64,000 nt of DNA from Candidatus Udaeobacter sp. (GCA_035473115.1 DATION010000002.1:9469-73468), one strand, 5' to 3'; numbered from the stretch's first letter, positions 54,959-64,000 are shown. Notes: a model not told the origin generated them from the sequence alone. Program-made: numbers and translations.

Positions 54959-57106
54959 ATGTTTTATCAGTTTTTTTACAGTAAAATAGCACCAACTGTA
55001 GCTCTATCAGCTTTAGGGTATTTATTTTTTAGTGTTTGGCATAGCTGGATTTTTGGATCAATAGTTTTAGTTTTATATTTCTTGTTTGTTTCTGCCGGAA
55101 CTCAAAAAGTACTTATAAATTATTTTGATTTTGTAAAATCTTTCCAAACCAGAGTTTTAGCTATTTTTTTTAGTTTAGTTACCTTTGGTTGGTTTTTGGG
55201 ATTCTTTATTTTTTTAAATTATTTTAATGGCTTATCCGTATTTTTAGCCTTTTTTCTTAACGCTTTAGTTTGGTCTTTGGTTAAAGCCAATAATATTACC
55301 AGCTTGGAAAATAAAATAGAGGATAAAGATGAAATTTCGCCCCTATCTTGGTATGAAAAAGTTGGTGTTTTGTTTTATTTTTTGTTAATTATTTACGGAT
55401 TTTATCTTTTAATAAAATCCAAAACCGGCGGCGCTATTTATTCTCCCTGGCAAGCGATTGACTCAAGTTATGTTTGGGTTTTTTTGTTAGTTATTTTTTT
55501 ATCTGGAATGCTGATTTTGTTTTCTAAATTTTCGTTAAAAATTTTATTGTTTTTTGTCATAGCTAATTCATTTTTGCTGCATAGCTATCTGCCTTTGACT
55601 CATGAATTATTTTATGGCGCCGATGGTTGGCGGCACATGGCCACGGAACAAAGATTAATGGATGGCAAACAATTTTTACAAGTCGAGCTTGCAGGTTCAA
55701 ATAATCGGGCCAGTCGTCAGTCATTGATTTCTAATTTACAAGCAAAGGTCGGTGTTTTGTCTTATGCCAATTTTTGGGGTACAAATGTAATTATAGGAAA
55801 AATATTGCAAGTTAATTTGATTTCCTTAACCAAATGGTTTTTACCAATACTCTGGTCTATAATTTTTACAATTTTGCTGTACGAAATTGGCTTGGCTCTA
55901 GGTTGGTCTGCAAAAAATTCTTTGCTTTTAGCTTGGGGCGGTATGTGGCCGTTTGCGTTGCAAGCAGGCGGATCTTTTTCTCTGCCCGTTAATTTTGGTT
56001 TTTTGATTTTTATTTTATTTGTCCTTTTATTTTTAAAAAAGTTTCGCCAGCCTAACATTAAACAGAAAAATATTTTATTAGCATTAGGTTTTGGTTCAGC
56101 ATTTGGTTATCTATTATTTTTTATTCTCTATTGGTTAGGCTGGGGGATAACAGCTATATTAAAGAACGGTAAAAAAATAATTATTATTCCCGGTTTAATT
56201 TTTGCGTCCGCAGCCCTGCCAATTTTAGAATTAGCAGGAAAATTTAGTTTTATTGATCGTAAAATAAATATTTTAACGCAAATAAAACAGTTTGTCGGTA
56301 ATATTTTTGCTGTTTATTTAGCCAGCGGACCTAGGCCGCACGATATTGCTGGCGGTAATATTTTATTTAATCAAGTAACTTTATCAATTTTTACGCCAAA
56401 TTTTCTGACGCAATTTAGATGGTGGCTGCCAGTTTTGGTTTTAGCAACTTTTATTATTGTTATCTTAGGAGTAAAGAAAAATTTAAAAGATTTAAACTAT
56501 CAATTTATTTTGGCTTTTGCGACAGTTTTGTTTGTCGGTTATTTTTTATCTTTTTATTTACTAACCGGAGAGCATCTGTTTTCTCGCCGGCTTGATACGG
56601 TTTTGGCTTGTCTGTTTTTAATTTTACTTTTTTACGGATTAAGTAATTTTTTTGATAAAAAATATATTGCTGGCTTGACTGTAATAGTTTTATCACTGGC
56701 TATTACCGCTTCCTATACTCTTGGTCCAGATACTTTTACTGTAAAATCAAATGAGTTGGAGGCTATGAATTATGTTTGGTCCAAAGAGGAGATTTATAAT
56801 ACCCACTGTGTTTTAGCTGATGTATATCCATTACTGGCTTTAGAAGCTGTTTCTAAAAAAGAAATTGTCGGCGGCGGGTTTCCCATAGACGCTAATTTTG
56901 CTCAACCCGAAAGAGTAAAGTTGTATGAACAGATGAAATTGACTATCAATGATAATTTATTAAGAACCACAGCGACTTTAACAAAAACTGATCATTGCTG
57001 GTTGGTCGGAGAAACCGGAAATTTTTACCGACAAGGCGTTTTAAATTATGGAGATTATAAAATATTTGGTGATGTCGCTGCGGTACGATATAATACAAAA
57101 TATTAA
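54959..57106 (+). CDS. Large polytopic membrane protein (possible GT-C fold)
   Basis: More than 15 hydrophobic segments; YGAD.W.H loop. Confidence 0.65.
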   Translation: MFYQFFYSKIAPTVALSALGYLFFSVWHSWIFGSIVLVLYFLFVSAGTQKVLINYFDFVKSFQTRVLAIFFSLVTFGWFLGFFIFLNYFNGLSVFLAFFLNALVWSLVKANNITSLENKIEDKDEISPLSWYEKVGVLFYFLLIIYGFYLLIKSKTGGAIYSPWQAIDSSYVWVFLLVIFLSGMLILFSKFSLKILLFFVIANSFLLHSYLPLTHELFYGADGWRHMATEQRLMDGKQFLQVELAGSNNRASRQSLISNLQAKVGVLSYANFWGTNVIIGKILQVNLISLTKWFLPILWSIIFTILLYEIGLALGWSAKNSLLLAWGGMWPFALQAGGSFSLPVNFGFLIFILFVLLFLKKFRQPNIKQKNILLALGFGSAFGYLLFFILYWLGWGITAILKNGKKIIIIPGLIFASAALPILELAGKFSFIDRKINILTQIKQFVGNIFAVYLASGPRPHDIAGGNILFNQVTLSIFTPNFLTQFRWWLPVLVLATFIIVILGVKKNLKDLNYQFILAFATVLFVGYFLSFYLLTGEHLFSRRLDTVLACLFLILLFYGLSNFFDKKYIAGLTVIVLSLAITASYTLGPDTFTVKSNELEAMNYVWSKEEIYNTHCVLADVYPLLALEAVSKKEIVGGGFPIDANFAQPERVKLYEQMKLTINDNLLRTTATLTKTDHCWLVGETGNFYRQGVLNYGDYKIFGDVAAVRYNTKY

Positions 57107-57113
57107 TTTTAAC

Positions 57114-57197
57114 TGTCATTCCGAATCCATTTGTGGGATGAGGAATCTATTCATTAAAGTATAGATCCCTCGTCGCTATGGCTCGCTCGGGATGACA
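57114..57197. repeat. REP-like palindromic element (TGTCATTCCG...CGGGATGACA type)
   Basis: tgtcattccga...gaggaatctat-N-atagatccctc...tcgggatgaca nested inverted repeats. Confidence 0.75.
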
Positions 57198-57216
57198 ATC
57201 GAAAATATTAAATTAT

Positions 57217-57618
57217 ATGGATTGTTTGTTCTGTAAAATAATCAACAAAGAAATTCCTAATTACACTGTATGGGAAGATGAAAACGTTTTAGCATTTTTA
57301 GATATTCATCCTTGCGCCAAAGGTCATACGGTGGTGGTGCCAAAAAAACATGCGGCCACACTTTGGGACATGCGCACCGAAGAGTTTGATTTAATGGCGC
57401 ATAGCCTGCGCGCTGCAGCCGGACGAGTGCAAGCTCGTTTAAAACCAGATGGCATGAATATTGGGATAAATAATGATAAAGCTGCCGGTCAAGCTGTTGG
57501 TCATGTTCATTGGCATATTATTCCGCGCTGGCAAGGCGATGGCGGCGGCAGTATGCACTCCATAATCCGTAAAACCGATCTGGAAGACGTAAAAGAAGTG
57601 GCTAAATTATTTATTTAA
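57217..57618 (+). CDS. HIT-family protein
   Basis: DCLFCKI, AGQAVGHVHWHIIPR. Confidence 0.95.
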   Translation: MDCLFCKIINKEIPNYTVWEDENVLAFLDIHPCAKGHTVVVPKKHAATLWDMRTEEFDLMAHSLRAAAGRVQARLKPDGMNIGINNDKAAGQAVGHVHWHIIPRWQGDGGGSMHSIIRKTDLEDVKEVAKLFI

Positions 57619-57620
57619 TT

Positions 57621-58175
57621 ATGTCTATCAAAAAAATTTCTTCGCAAGTTGTTCATAAAAATCCGTGGTGGGAATATAAATGCGATAAAATAGTTCGTTT
57701 AGATGGCACAGAAGGTGAGTATTGCTATACCGAAACGCTTGGCAATGTAATTATTGTGCCAGTTTTGCCTGATGGCCGTTTGGTTTTGGTTAGGCAGTAT
57801 AGATATTTGGCGGACAAAAACAGCGTTGAATTCCCGGGCGGAGGAATTGCTAAAAATGAATCTGCCGAAGATGCGGCACAGAGAGAATTGTTAGAAGAAA
57901 CCGGTTACAGCGCCGATACTTTAACTAACATCGGTATTTTTGAACCTTCGGTAGGCGTAATAAAAGATCTGTCTCATGTTTTTATTACCAATGATTTATT
58001 TTTAGCTCAAGAAGCAAAATCGGATAAATTTGAGAAAACGGAAGTAATTGTCCGGCGAGTGGATGAATTTGAAAATATGATTAAACATGGTGAGATTTGG
58101 GATGGCCAAGTTTTGGCTGCTTGGGCTTTGGTGCGAGATCTGGTGAAAAATAAATTTTCTCAGTCGGCGGAGTAA
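57621..58175 (+). CDS. NUDIX hydrolase (ADP-ribose pyrophosphatase-like)
   Basis: LVRQYRY, EFPGG....E....AAQRELLEETG. Confidence 0.93.
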   Translation: MSIKKISSQVVHKNPWWEYKCDKIVRLDGTEGEYCYTETLGNVIIVPVLPDGRLVLVRQYRYLADKNSVEFPGGGIAKNESAEDAAQRELLEETGYSADTLTNIGIFEPSVGVIKDLSHVFITNDLFLAQEAKSDKFEKTEVIVRRVDEFENMIKHGEIWDGQVLAAWALVRDLVKNKFSQSAE

Positions 58176-58229
58176 AAATTAAATTTTCTTCTTTGCTCAT
58201 TCTTCTAAATTGTGTTATTATTTTAGTAT

Positions 58230-60278
58230 ATGGCTTCAGAAGAAAAAGAAAAAAATATTGCTGGCAATCCGGAAATAAACTACTTTGCCATGACTAATTT
58301 TCGCAATAAAAATGCGAAATTTGGCATAAAGTTGGATGACCGTCGCCGGCATTTGTATGTGGTAGGCAAAACCGGAATGGGTAAAACAACCATGTTGGAA
58401 AACATGGTTCTTAATGATATCTATGCCGGTCATGGTGTCGGCGTAGTGGATCCGCACGGGGATTTTGCCGAAAAAATAATTGACTACATTCCGCCAAATC
58501 GTATCAACGACGTTGTCTATTTTAATCCGGCTGACATCGATTATCCGATCGGTTTTAATATTTTAGAAAGTATTGATCCGCGCTATCGCCATTTGGTAGC
58601 CTCGGGCCTGATGGGTGTTTTCAAAAAAATCTGGCCTGATGTTTGGAGTGCGCGCATGGAATACATTTTGAATAATACTCTTTTGGCTTTGCTGGAATTT
58701 CCTAATACAACTCTTTTGGGTATCAATCGTTTGCTCGCCGATGACGCTTATCGCAAACGAGTCATTAAAAATCTTAAAGATCCGGTCATCAGGTCTTTTT
58801 GGGAATCGGAATTTGCGGGCTATAACGATCGGTATAAGCAAGAAGCGGTAGCGCCGGTGCAAAATAAAATCGGTCAGTTTTTGTCCGCTTCGGTTATTCG
58901 CAATATTGTGGCGCAAGTAAAATCACGTATCAATATCCGCGAAATCATGGATACACGTAAAATTTTCATCATGAACTTATCCAAAGGTAGAATCGGTGAA
59001 GACAACTCCCGTTTGCTTGGTGGTATGTTAATTACCAAAATTCAGCTGGCAGCTATGGAAAGAGTAGACACTCCGGAAAAAGAACGCAAAGACTTTTTTC
59101 TTTATGTAGATGAGTTTCAAAACTTTGCCACTGAAAGCTTTTCTAACATTTTGTCCGAAGCCCGTAAATATCGCTTAGACCTGACCATGGCTCATCAATA
59201 TATGGAGCAGCTAGACGAAACAGTTTTGTCGGCGGTAATTGGTAACGTCGGTACGCTAGTAACTTTTAGAGTTGGCTCAACTGATGCCGAAATTTTAGCC
59301 AAAGAATTTGCCCCGACTTTTGTGGAAACTGATTTAGTAAACTTAACTAAATTTCAAATCTATTTAAAATTAATGATCGATGGCGTCGCCTCGCAGCCAT
59401 TTTCCGCCAACACTTTATCGCCGATAAATTTATCAACCAATAGCGCTGAAAAAGTTATTAAAGTTTCCCGCGAGCGTTATGCCACTAGCCGAGATAATAT
59501 TGAAGATAAAATTATGCGCTGGACCGGTATGGAAAGCGGCGGAACCGGTGAAACTGATGAAGATGATGAAGATTTGGATCCAGATGAAAACTACACTGAA
59601 GATGAAGAAGGTATGCCTGTTAAAATTTCTGATACTCCTAAAGTAACAGAAAAGAAACCGGTTGCACCCGCGCCCATAGCTCCAAAACCAGCTCCGGCGC
59701 CCGTTAAAAATAAAATGCCGGTGACAAATAATAACCGTTCATCTTCACCGGCTATTAATTCAACTGCCAAAAGGCCGCCAGCAGATATTAAAGGAGGCAA
59801 GCCGGTTTTATTAGTTGATACTAACCAAAAAGGCATAAGTTTATCACAGGCTGTGCATGCAAATAAAAATCAACAAAAACCGCCTCAGATTACCAAACAG
59901 TCTCCACCGGTTATAGAAAAAAAACAGGAACTTAAACCGGCAGCTTCTAATTTTAACCAAGCAAAACCAACTCCATCTCCATCTCCATCTCCATCTCCAT
60001 CTCCATCGTCAATATCAGCGCAGTCTGCGGTAGCTTCAGTTCAACCAAAAAATATTCCGCAACCAGCCCTTTCTGATAAAAAAGAACTAAATAGTGATAC
60101 TACGCCAATTCCAGTTTCAACTGCTTCTAATCAGCCAGCTGCTCCGCAGGATTCATTACCGCCAGCTGTTAAAGAATTAGAAAAACCAGTAGTGGCAGCT
60201 AGTTTGCCAAATCAGCAGGGTGCCATAGTTGGCGGAAAGATTATGCCAAATAGAATTGTAAAATTAGACGATAAATAA
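58230..60278 (+). CDS. VirD4/TraD/HerA-like ATPase with long Pro/Ser-rich tail
   Basis: RRRH.YVVGKTGMGKT, VDPHGD, LYVDEFQNF, SEARKY, AHQY. Confidence 0.88.
   Translation: MASEEKEKNIAGNPEINYFAMTNFRNKNAKFGIKLDDRRRHLYVVGKTGMGKTTMLENMVLNDIYAGHGVGVVDPHGDFAEKIIDYIPPNRINDVVYFNPADIDYPIGFNILESIDPRYRHLVASGLMGVFKKIWPDVWSARMEYILNNTLLALLEFPNTTLLGINRLLADDAYRKRVIKNLKDPVIRSFWESEFAGYNDRYKQEAVAPVQNKIGQFLSASVIRNIVAQVKSRINIREIMDTRKIFIMNLSKGRIGEDNSRLLGGMLITKIQLAAMERVDTPEKERKDFFLYVDEFQNFATESFSNILSEARKYRLDLTMAHQYMEQLDETVLSAVIGNVGTLVTFRVGSTDAEILAKEFAPTFVETDLVNLTKFQIYLKLMIDGVASQPFSANTLSPINLSTNSAEKVIKVSRERYATSRDNIEDKIMRWTGMESGGTGETDEDDEDLDPDENYTEDEEGMPVKISDTPKVTEKKPVAPAPIAPKPAPAPVKNKMPVTNNNRSSSPAINSTAKRPPADIKGGKPVLLVDTNQKGISLSQAVHANKNQQKPPQITKQSPPVIEKKQELKPAASNFNQAKPTPSPSPSPSPSPSSISAQSAVASVQPKNIPQPALSDKKELNSDTTPIPVSTASNQPAAPQDSLPPAVKELEKPVVAASLPNQQGAIVGGKIMPNRIVKLDDK
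59971..60006 (+). repeat. (CTCCAT)6 hexanucleotide tandem repeat encoding (PS)n
   Basis: Six perfect units, in frame. Confidence 0.9.
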
Positions 60279-60311
60279 AACAGGTTGATACATGATTGTT
60301 CCTCGGTAGAG

Positions 60312-60340
60312 TTGACAAAAACATAAATTTGTGATATCAT
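60312..60340 (+). promoter_or_regulatory. sigma70 promoter
   Basis: TTGACA-17bp-TATCAT with TG extension. Confidence 0.75.
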
Positions 60341-60482
60341 CTTAACTAATAATTTGGGGTACAGAAGTACCAACTAAGTTCCCAAAATTTTACCCGACCT
60401 TCGTCCAAAACGGCGAAGACAGGGGGTCGAATTTAATAAATTCTCAAAAACCATTTTGGGAACTAGCAGAAGTACAAATTCT

Positions 60483-60794
60483 ATGGCATTCGCAGGAACA
60501 CGGCAAATGTACAATGTGGATCTTACTTGCGCTAAATGCGGTAACCACATTTCTCAATTGCCTTTCGAACCAAAGGGTGATCGTCCAGTTTATTGCTTTG
60601 ATTGCAATAAAGCCTATCGTCAAGACCGACCAGGTAACGATAGAGGAGCTCGCGCCCCAAGACAGATGTATAGCGTAAACGTAACTTGCGCTCAGTGTGG
60701 AACTCAGATTACAGAATTACCTTTCCAACCATCTGGAGACAAGCCGGTTTATTGCCGAGCATGTATGCAGGATCGCAGAAATTCTCAAAATTAA
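60483..60794 (+). CDS. Tandem CxxC-x17-CxxC zinc-ribbon protein
   Basis: Two repeats of RQMY...C..CG....LPF.P.GD.PVYC..C; ATG 60483. Confidence 0.92.
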   Translation: MAFAGTRQMYNVDLTCAKCGNHISQLPFEPKGDRPVYCFDCNKAYRQDRPGNDRGARAPRQMYSVNVTCAQCGTQITELPFQPSGDKPVYCRACMQDRRNSQN

Positions 60795-60801
60795 TTTTCA
60801 A

Positions 60802-60842
60802 AAACAAAACACCTTCCTTAATCGGAAGGTGTTTTGTTTTTT
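60802..60842 (+). terminator. Intrinsic terminator
   Basis: aaaacaaaacaccttcc-ttaatc-ggaaggtgttttgtttt. Confidence 0.85.
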
Positions 60843-60873
60843 AAAGAATTTTTTTAAAATAAAATAATTTTAA

Positions 60874-61296
60874 TTTCTATTTACGCTTTTTGACCGAGCA
60901 AAAAGCGTAAGAAAAACTCGCCGAGCCAGTGCTCTCCACCGGTACTTCCATCGGCTCATGTCGCTTTGGCTGGCAAAGAGCATAGTCGCATGCCAGCCAA
61001 TAGCCTGACATTTCACCGTGGCAAGTACACGGTGAATCGCAAAGCTCGGATCGACCGTCCATTGTCCGTCGTTGTCAGTTCGGGCGAGCATTGGAAATCT
61101 TGAGGTTTAATTTATAGGTGAATTGGAATGGTCGCTATTATTCCATCTGTAGATGGAATAATAGGACTGGTTGTGCTGTTTGAGCCGACCGTTAGAAACG
61201 GTCGAGCGAGTTCACAACCAGAATGACAATGAATCCTAAATTATCCGAAAGTTTCCACCGCGAGCGATTCTTGGTTACTTCTTTGAAGAAGTAACG
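60874..61296. other. Highly structured non-coding element (MITE-like or ncRNA)
   Basis: GC-rich, no credible ORF, bounded by TTAC..TTT..AAA..GTAA hairpins, with at least six internal stems. Confidence 0.6.
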
Positions 61297-61391
61297 GGGG
61301 ATGGTTACAAAAGGTGGATGTTAGGTTTGGGTTAGGAAAAGTTAGTAGTACTTTACTTGAAAAAATCTAAAAAATAGAGTAGTTTAGGTTT

Positions 61392-62471
61392 ATGAAAAAT
61401 AGTCTTAAGAAAAATTCCAAGGAAAAAATTTTAGTTGCCATGAGCGGCGGAGTAGATTCTTCAGTTGCTGCTGCTCTTTTAGTTGCTCAAGGCCACGATG
61501 TTACCGGCGCTTTTATGGTAAATTATGACGAAATTGGCCCAAGCGGAGAATCTTGCTGGGCCGGAGATTACCAAGACGCGCTACGTGTAGCTGCTAAATT
61601 AAACATACCGCTATTGCGTTGGGATTTTGTTAAAGAGTACAAAAAAACCGTTTTGGATTACATGTATGCCGAATATGAAAAAGGCAGAACGCCCAATCCG
61701 GATGTTTTGTGCAATAAGTTTGTGAAGTTTGGCTCTTGGTTAGACAAAGCCAGAGAGTTAGGTTTTACCAAACTGGCTACGGGCCATTATGCGCAAACTA
61801 AAAAAATAAAAAATTCCACAAAATTAATAAAAGCTAAAGATGATAATAAAGACCAAACATATTTTTTGCATCAGCTTAGTCAAGACCAGCTAAAAGATAT
61901 TTTATTTCCCATTGGCGGTTATACAAAGCCGGAAGTGAGAAAACTGGCTAAAAAGTTTGGTTTGCCAAACGCGGACAAAGAAGAAAGTATGGGTATCTGT
62001 TTTATCGGTGAAGTGCCGATGAAAGATTTTTTGTTAAAAAAAATTAAATCCCAAAAAGGAAAAATAGTTCTAAGTACCGGCCAAATCATTGGCGAGCATG
62101 ATGGTTTATCTTTTTATACTATTGGTCAAAGAAATTTGGGTGTAAAAACAGATCAAAATAAACCTCTATATGTGCTTGATAAGAGTTTTGTCAAAAATGA
62201 ATTAGTTGTTGGTTATGAAGATGATCCTTTGTTATATAAAAAAGAGACAGAAATTACAGATGTAAATTGGATAAACGGACAAAAGCCAAAGCTGCCTTTA
62301 ACTTGTGAAGTTCGTTTACGCCATAGACAGCCGTTGCAGAAAGTAAAAGTGGAAGAAAAAAATGGTAAAGTATTTTTAAAATTTTCTAAAGCACAGCGTG
62401 CTGTAACCCCTGGGCAATTTGCAGTACTCTATGCAAAAAATGAATGCTTAGGTGGGGGAATCGTTAAATAA
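61392..62471 (+). CDS. mnmA: tRNA 2-thiouridine(34) synthase
   Basis: AMSGGVDSS, TPNPD..CN, ATGHY, KDQTYFL, ESMGICF, TPGQ. Confidence 0.98.
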   Translation: MKNSLKKNSKEKILVAMSGGVDSSVAAALLVAQGHDVTGAFMVNYDEIGPSGESCWAGDYQDALRVAAKLNIPLLRWDFVKEYKKTVLDYMYAEYEKGRTPNPDVLCNKFVKFGSWLDKARELGFTKLATGHYAQTKKIKNSTKLIKAKDDNKDQTYFLHQLSQDQLKDILFPIGGYTKPEVRKLAKKFGLPNADKEESMGICFIGEVPMKDFLLKKIKSQKGKIVLSTGQIIGEHDGLSFYTIGQRNLGVKTDQNKPLYVLDKSFVKNELVVGYEDDPLLYKKETEITDVNWINGQKPKLPLTCEVRLRHRQPLQKVKVEEKNGKVFLKFSKAQRAVTPGQFAVLYAKNECLGGGIVK

Positions 62472-62475
62472 AATT

Positions 62476-62898
62476 AAAAAGACCCGCCTAACAGCTCTAC
62501 CGCTCTTGTACGCCTCACATAAGCGCGAACGGTCTGTCTGTTGGCAGGTCGTAGGTCGGGTGGGCGGCTCTGCGCCCCGGTTTTGTTTTCTTGTGCTTGG
62601 TAGGCTCTTTGTGCTGCACAGCACATTGAGCTTTCTAGCCTAGAGGACAGCTAGATGGGGTTCACTAACCCCATGTGTCTGGAATGACTCGCTCCTTCTT
62701 GCCAATTGCCATCATTTTTCCAGCCACCTTGCACTAGTTTTTTCTCCTTATTATTTTTTGTTTAGCTGGTTTTCGGGCCCATGTTTCCGGTGCGCTCTCT
62801 GGCGCCTTTTTCCGCTTTGGACCCTTTGTGATTGTCGGCTTCCATTCGGTGCCGACCTCAACCGGCGTATGGGGCTTTACTTAGGCCACCGATTACGC
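62476..62898 (-). ncRNA. Candidate ~420-nt structured RNA (may carry a 27-aa ORF)
   Basis: Minus-strand TTGACA(62933)-17bp-TACTAT(62910) promoter, many GC stems with A-rich linkers, long terminal hairpin plus U5. Confidence 0.55.
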
Positions 62899-62977
62899 AT
62901 TCAGATAGTAGTACTTCTCTTGAATTTTGTCAAGAATAATGTTAAATTATTCACAGTTTAAATTATTAAATATCGTT

Positions 62978-64000
62978 ATGCTTAGCTCACAGCAACTCCG
63001 TCAAAAATACCTGGAATTTTTCGCTTCCAAAGAACACTCACTTATTTCTTCGGCTTCTTTAATTCCCGAAAATGATCCGACTGTTTTGTTTACCACAGCC
63101 GGCATGCATCCGCTGGTGCCATATTTATTAGGAGAAAAACATCCGGGCGGCAAGCGAGTATCAAATGTGCAAAAATGCGTGCGCACGGGTGATATAGACG
63201 AAGTCGGCGATAATCGCCACTTAACTTTTTTTGAAATGATGGGTAACTGGTCTTTTGGGGATTATTTTAAAAAAGAAGCTATTGCCTGGAGTTGGGAATT
63301 TTTAACTTCCAGCAGTTATTTAGGCTTAGACCCGCGCTTGTTGGCGGTATCTGTTTTTGCCGGCGATGCTGATGCTCCAAAAGACGAAGAATCTGCCGGG
63401 TTTTGGAAATCTTTAGGCGTGCCGGAAAATAGAATCGGTTATCTGCCAAAGAAAAATAATTGGTGGGGTCCAGCCGGACAGACTGGTCCGTGTGGTCCAG
63501 ACACGGAAATGTTTTTTTGGCGTGGAAACACAGAATTTCCTCCGGAAAATAGCAATCCAGCAACAGATGAAGATAATTGGCTGGAAATTTGGAATGATGT
63601 TTTCATGCAATATAACAAAAAAATAGATGGAACTTTTGAACCCTTAAAACAGCAAAATGTTGATACTGGCATGGGGCTGGAAAGAACCTTGGTAGTTTTA
63701 AATGGCAATGCCGATGTTTTTCAGATTGATACGCTTTGGCCACTTATTCAAAAAATCCAAGAAATTTCCGGCCGTGAATATATAGAAAATCAAGAAGTTA
63801 CTAAATCAATGAGAATCATTGCCGACCACCTGCGTACGGCCACCATGATTATGGGTGATGATAGGGGAATTGCGCCAAGCAATGTGGATCAAGGTTATAT
63901 TGTCCGCCGTTTAATTCGCCGTGCCGTGCGTCAAGGGCGACAACTTGGTATTAAAGAAAATTTCTGCAGTTTAATTTCCGAAGAAGTAATTAAAATTTTT
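62978..64000 (+). CDS. alaS: Alanine--tRNA ligase (3' truncated; absent from the ORF track)
   Basis: MLSSQQLRQKYLEFF, DPTVLFTTAGM, QKCVR, H.TFFEMMGNWSFGDYFK, GPCGP, DTGMGLER. Confidence 0.97.
   Translation, partial: MLSSQQLRQKYLEFFASKEHSLISSASLIPENDPTVLFTTAGMHPLVPYLLGEKHPGGKRVSNVQKCVRTGDIDEVGDNRHLTFFEMMGNWSFGDYFKKEAIAWSWEFLTSSSYLGLDPRLLAVSVFAGDADAPKDEESAGFWKSLGVPENRIGYLPKKNNWWGPAGQTGPCGPDTEMFFWRGNTEFPPENSNPATDEDNWLEIWNDVFMQYNKKIDGTFEPLKQQNVDTGMGLERTLVVLNGNADVFQIDTLWPLIQKIQEISGREYIENQEVTKSMRIIADHLRTATMIMGDDRGIAPSNVDQGYIVRRLIRRAVRQGRQLGIKENFCSLISEEVIKIF

Noticed and set aside
58230-60278. Conjugative element or ICE
   Set aside because: No relaxase, integrase, VirB genes or att sites; the flanks are housekeeping genes.
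60870-61091. Short minus-strand ORFs in the structured element
   Set aside because: No initiation signals or protein-like features; the dense base-pairing explains the sequence better.
62476-62900. tmRNA, RNase P, SRP or an alaS T-box
   Set aside because: No tRNA-like ends, P4 or T-box motifs were recognised, and the promoter and terminator point away from alaS.

Overview
A roughly 36-38% GC (estimated by eye) bacterial chromosome segment, genetic code 11. It most likely comes from a Patescibacteria/CPR genome of the Parcubacteria/ABY1 type, possibly Ca. Magasanikbacteria. That placement is inferred from the shortened HrcA, membrane-anchored Clp ATPase, stand-alone VirD4-like ATPase, CxxC-x17-CxxC protein and A/T-rich SD-less leaders. 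The backbone is housekeeping: typA, tRNA-Glu, mntR-mntH, dus, PLD, gdhA, yidC, hrcA-grpE-dnaK-dnaJ with a variant CIRCE, rnhA, murA, S41 protease, era, rplI, pyrG, a glycosylation cluster, recJ, lepA, murJ, mraZ-rsmH-ftsL, rplU, recR-ybaB-dnaB, mnmA and alaS. No CRISPR array, transposase, integrase or rRNA was seen. The unexplained signal is mostly non-coding or orphan. (1) Four copies of a ~95-bp element have a related GC-rich three-way-junction core closed by 19-22-bp perfect arms that differ in every copy. (2) A second ~75-bp family has conserved flanks and a swappable central hairpin; it sits at start codons and once in-frame inside a gene. (3) Two ~420-bp highly structured non-coding regions flank mnmA, one with its own promoter and terminator. 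(4) A class of GC-richer, SD-led orphan cassettes includes a TonB-C/AgmX-like lipoprotein and an apparent outer-membrane beta-barrel, in a lineage thought to have no outer membrane.
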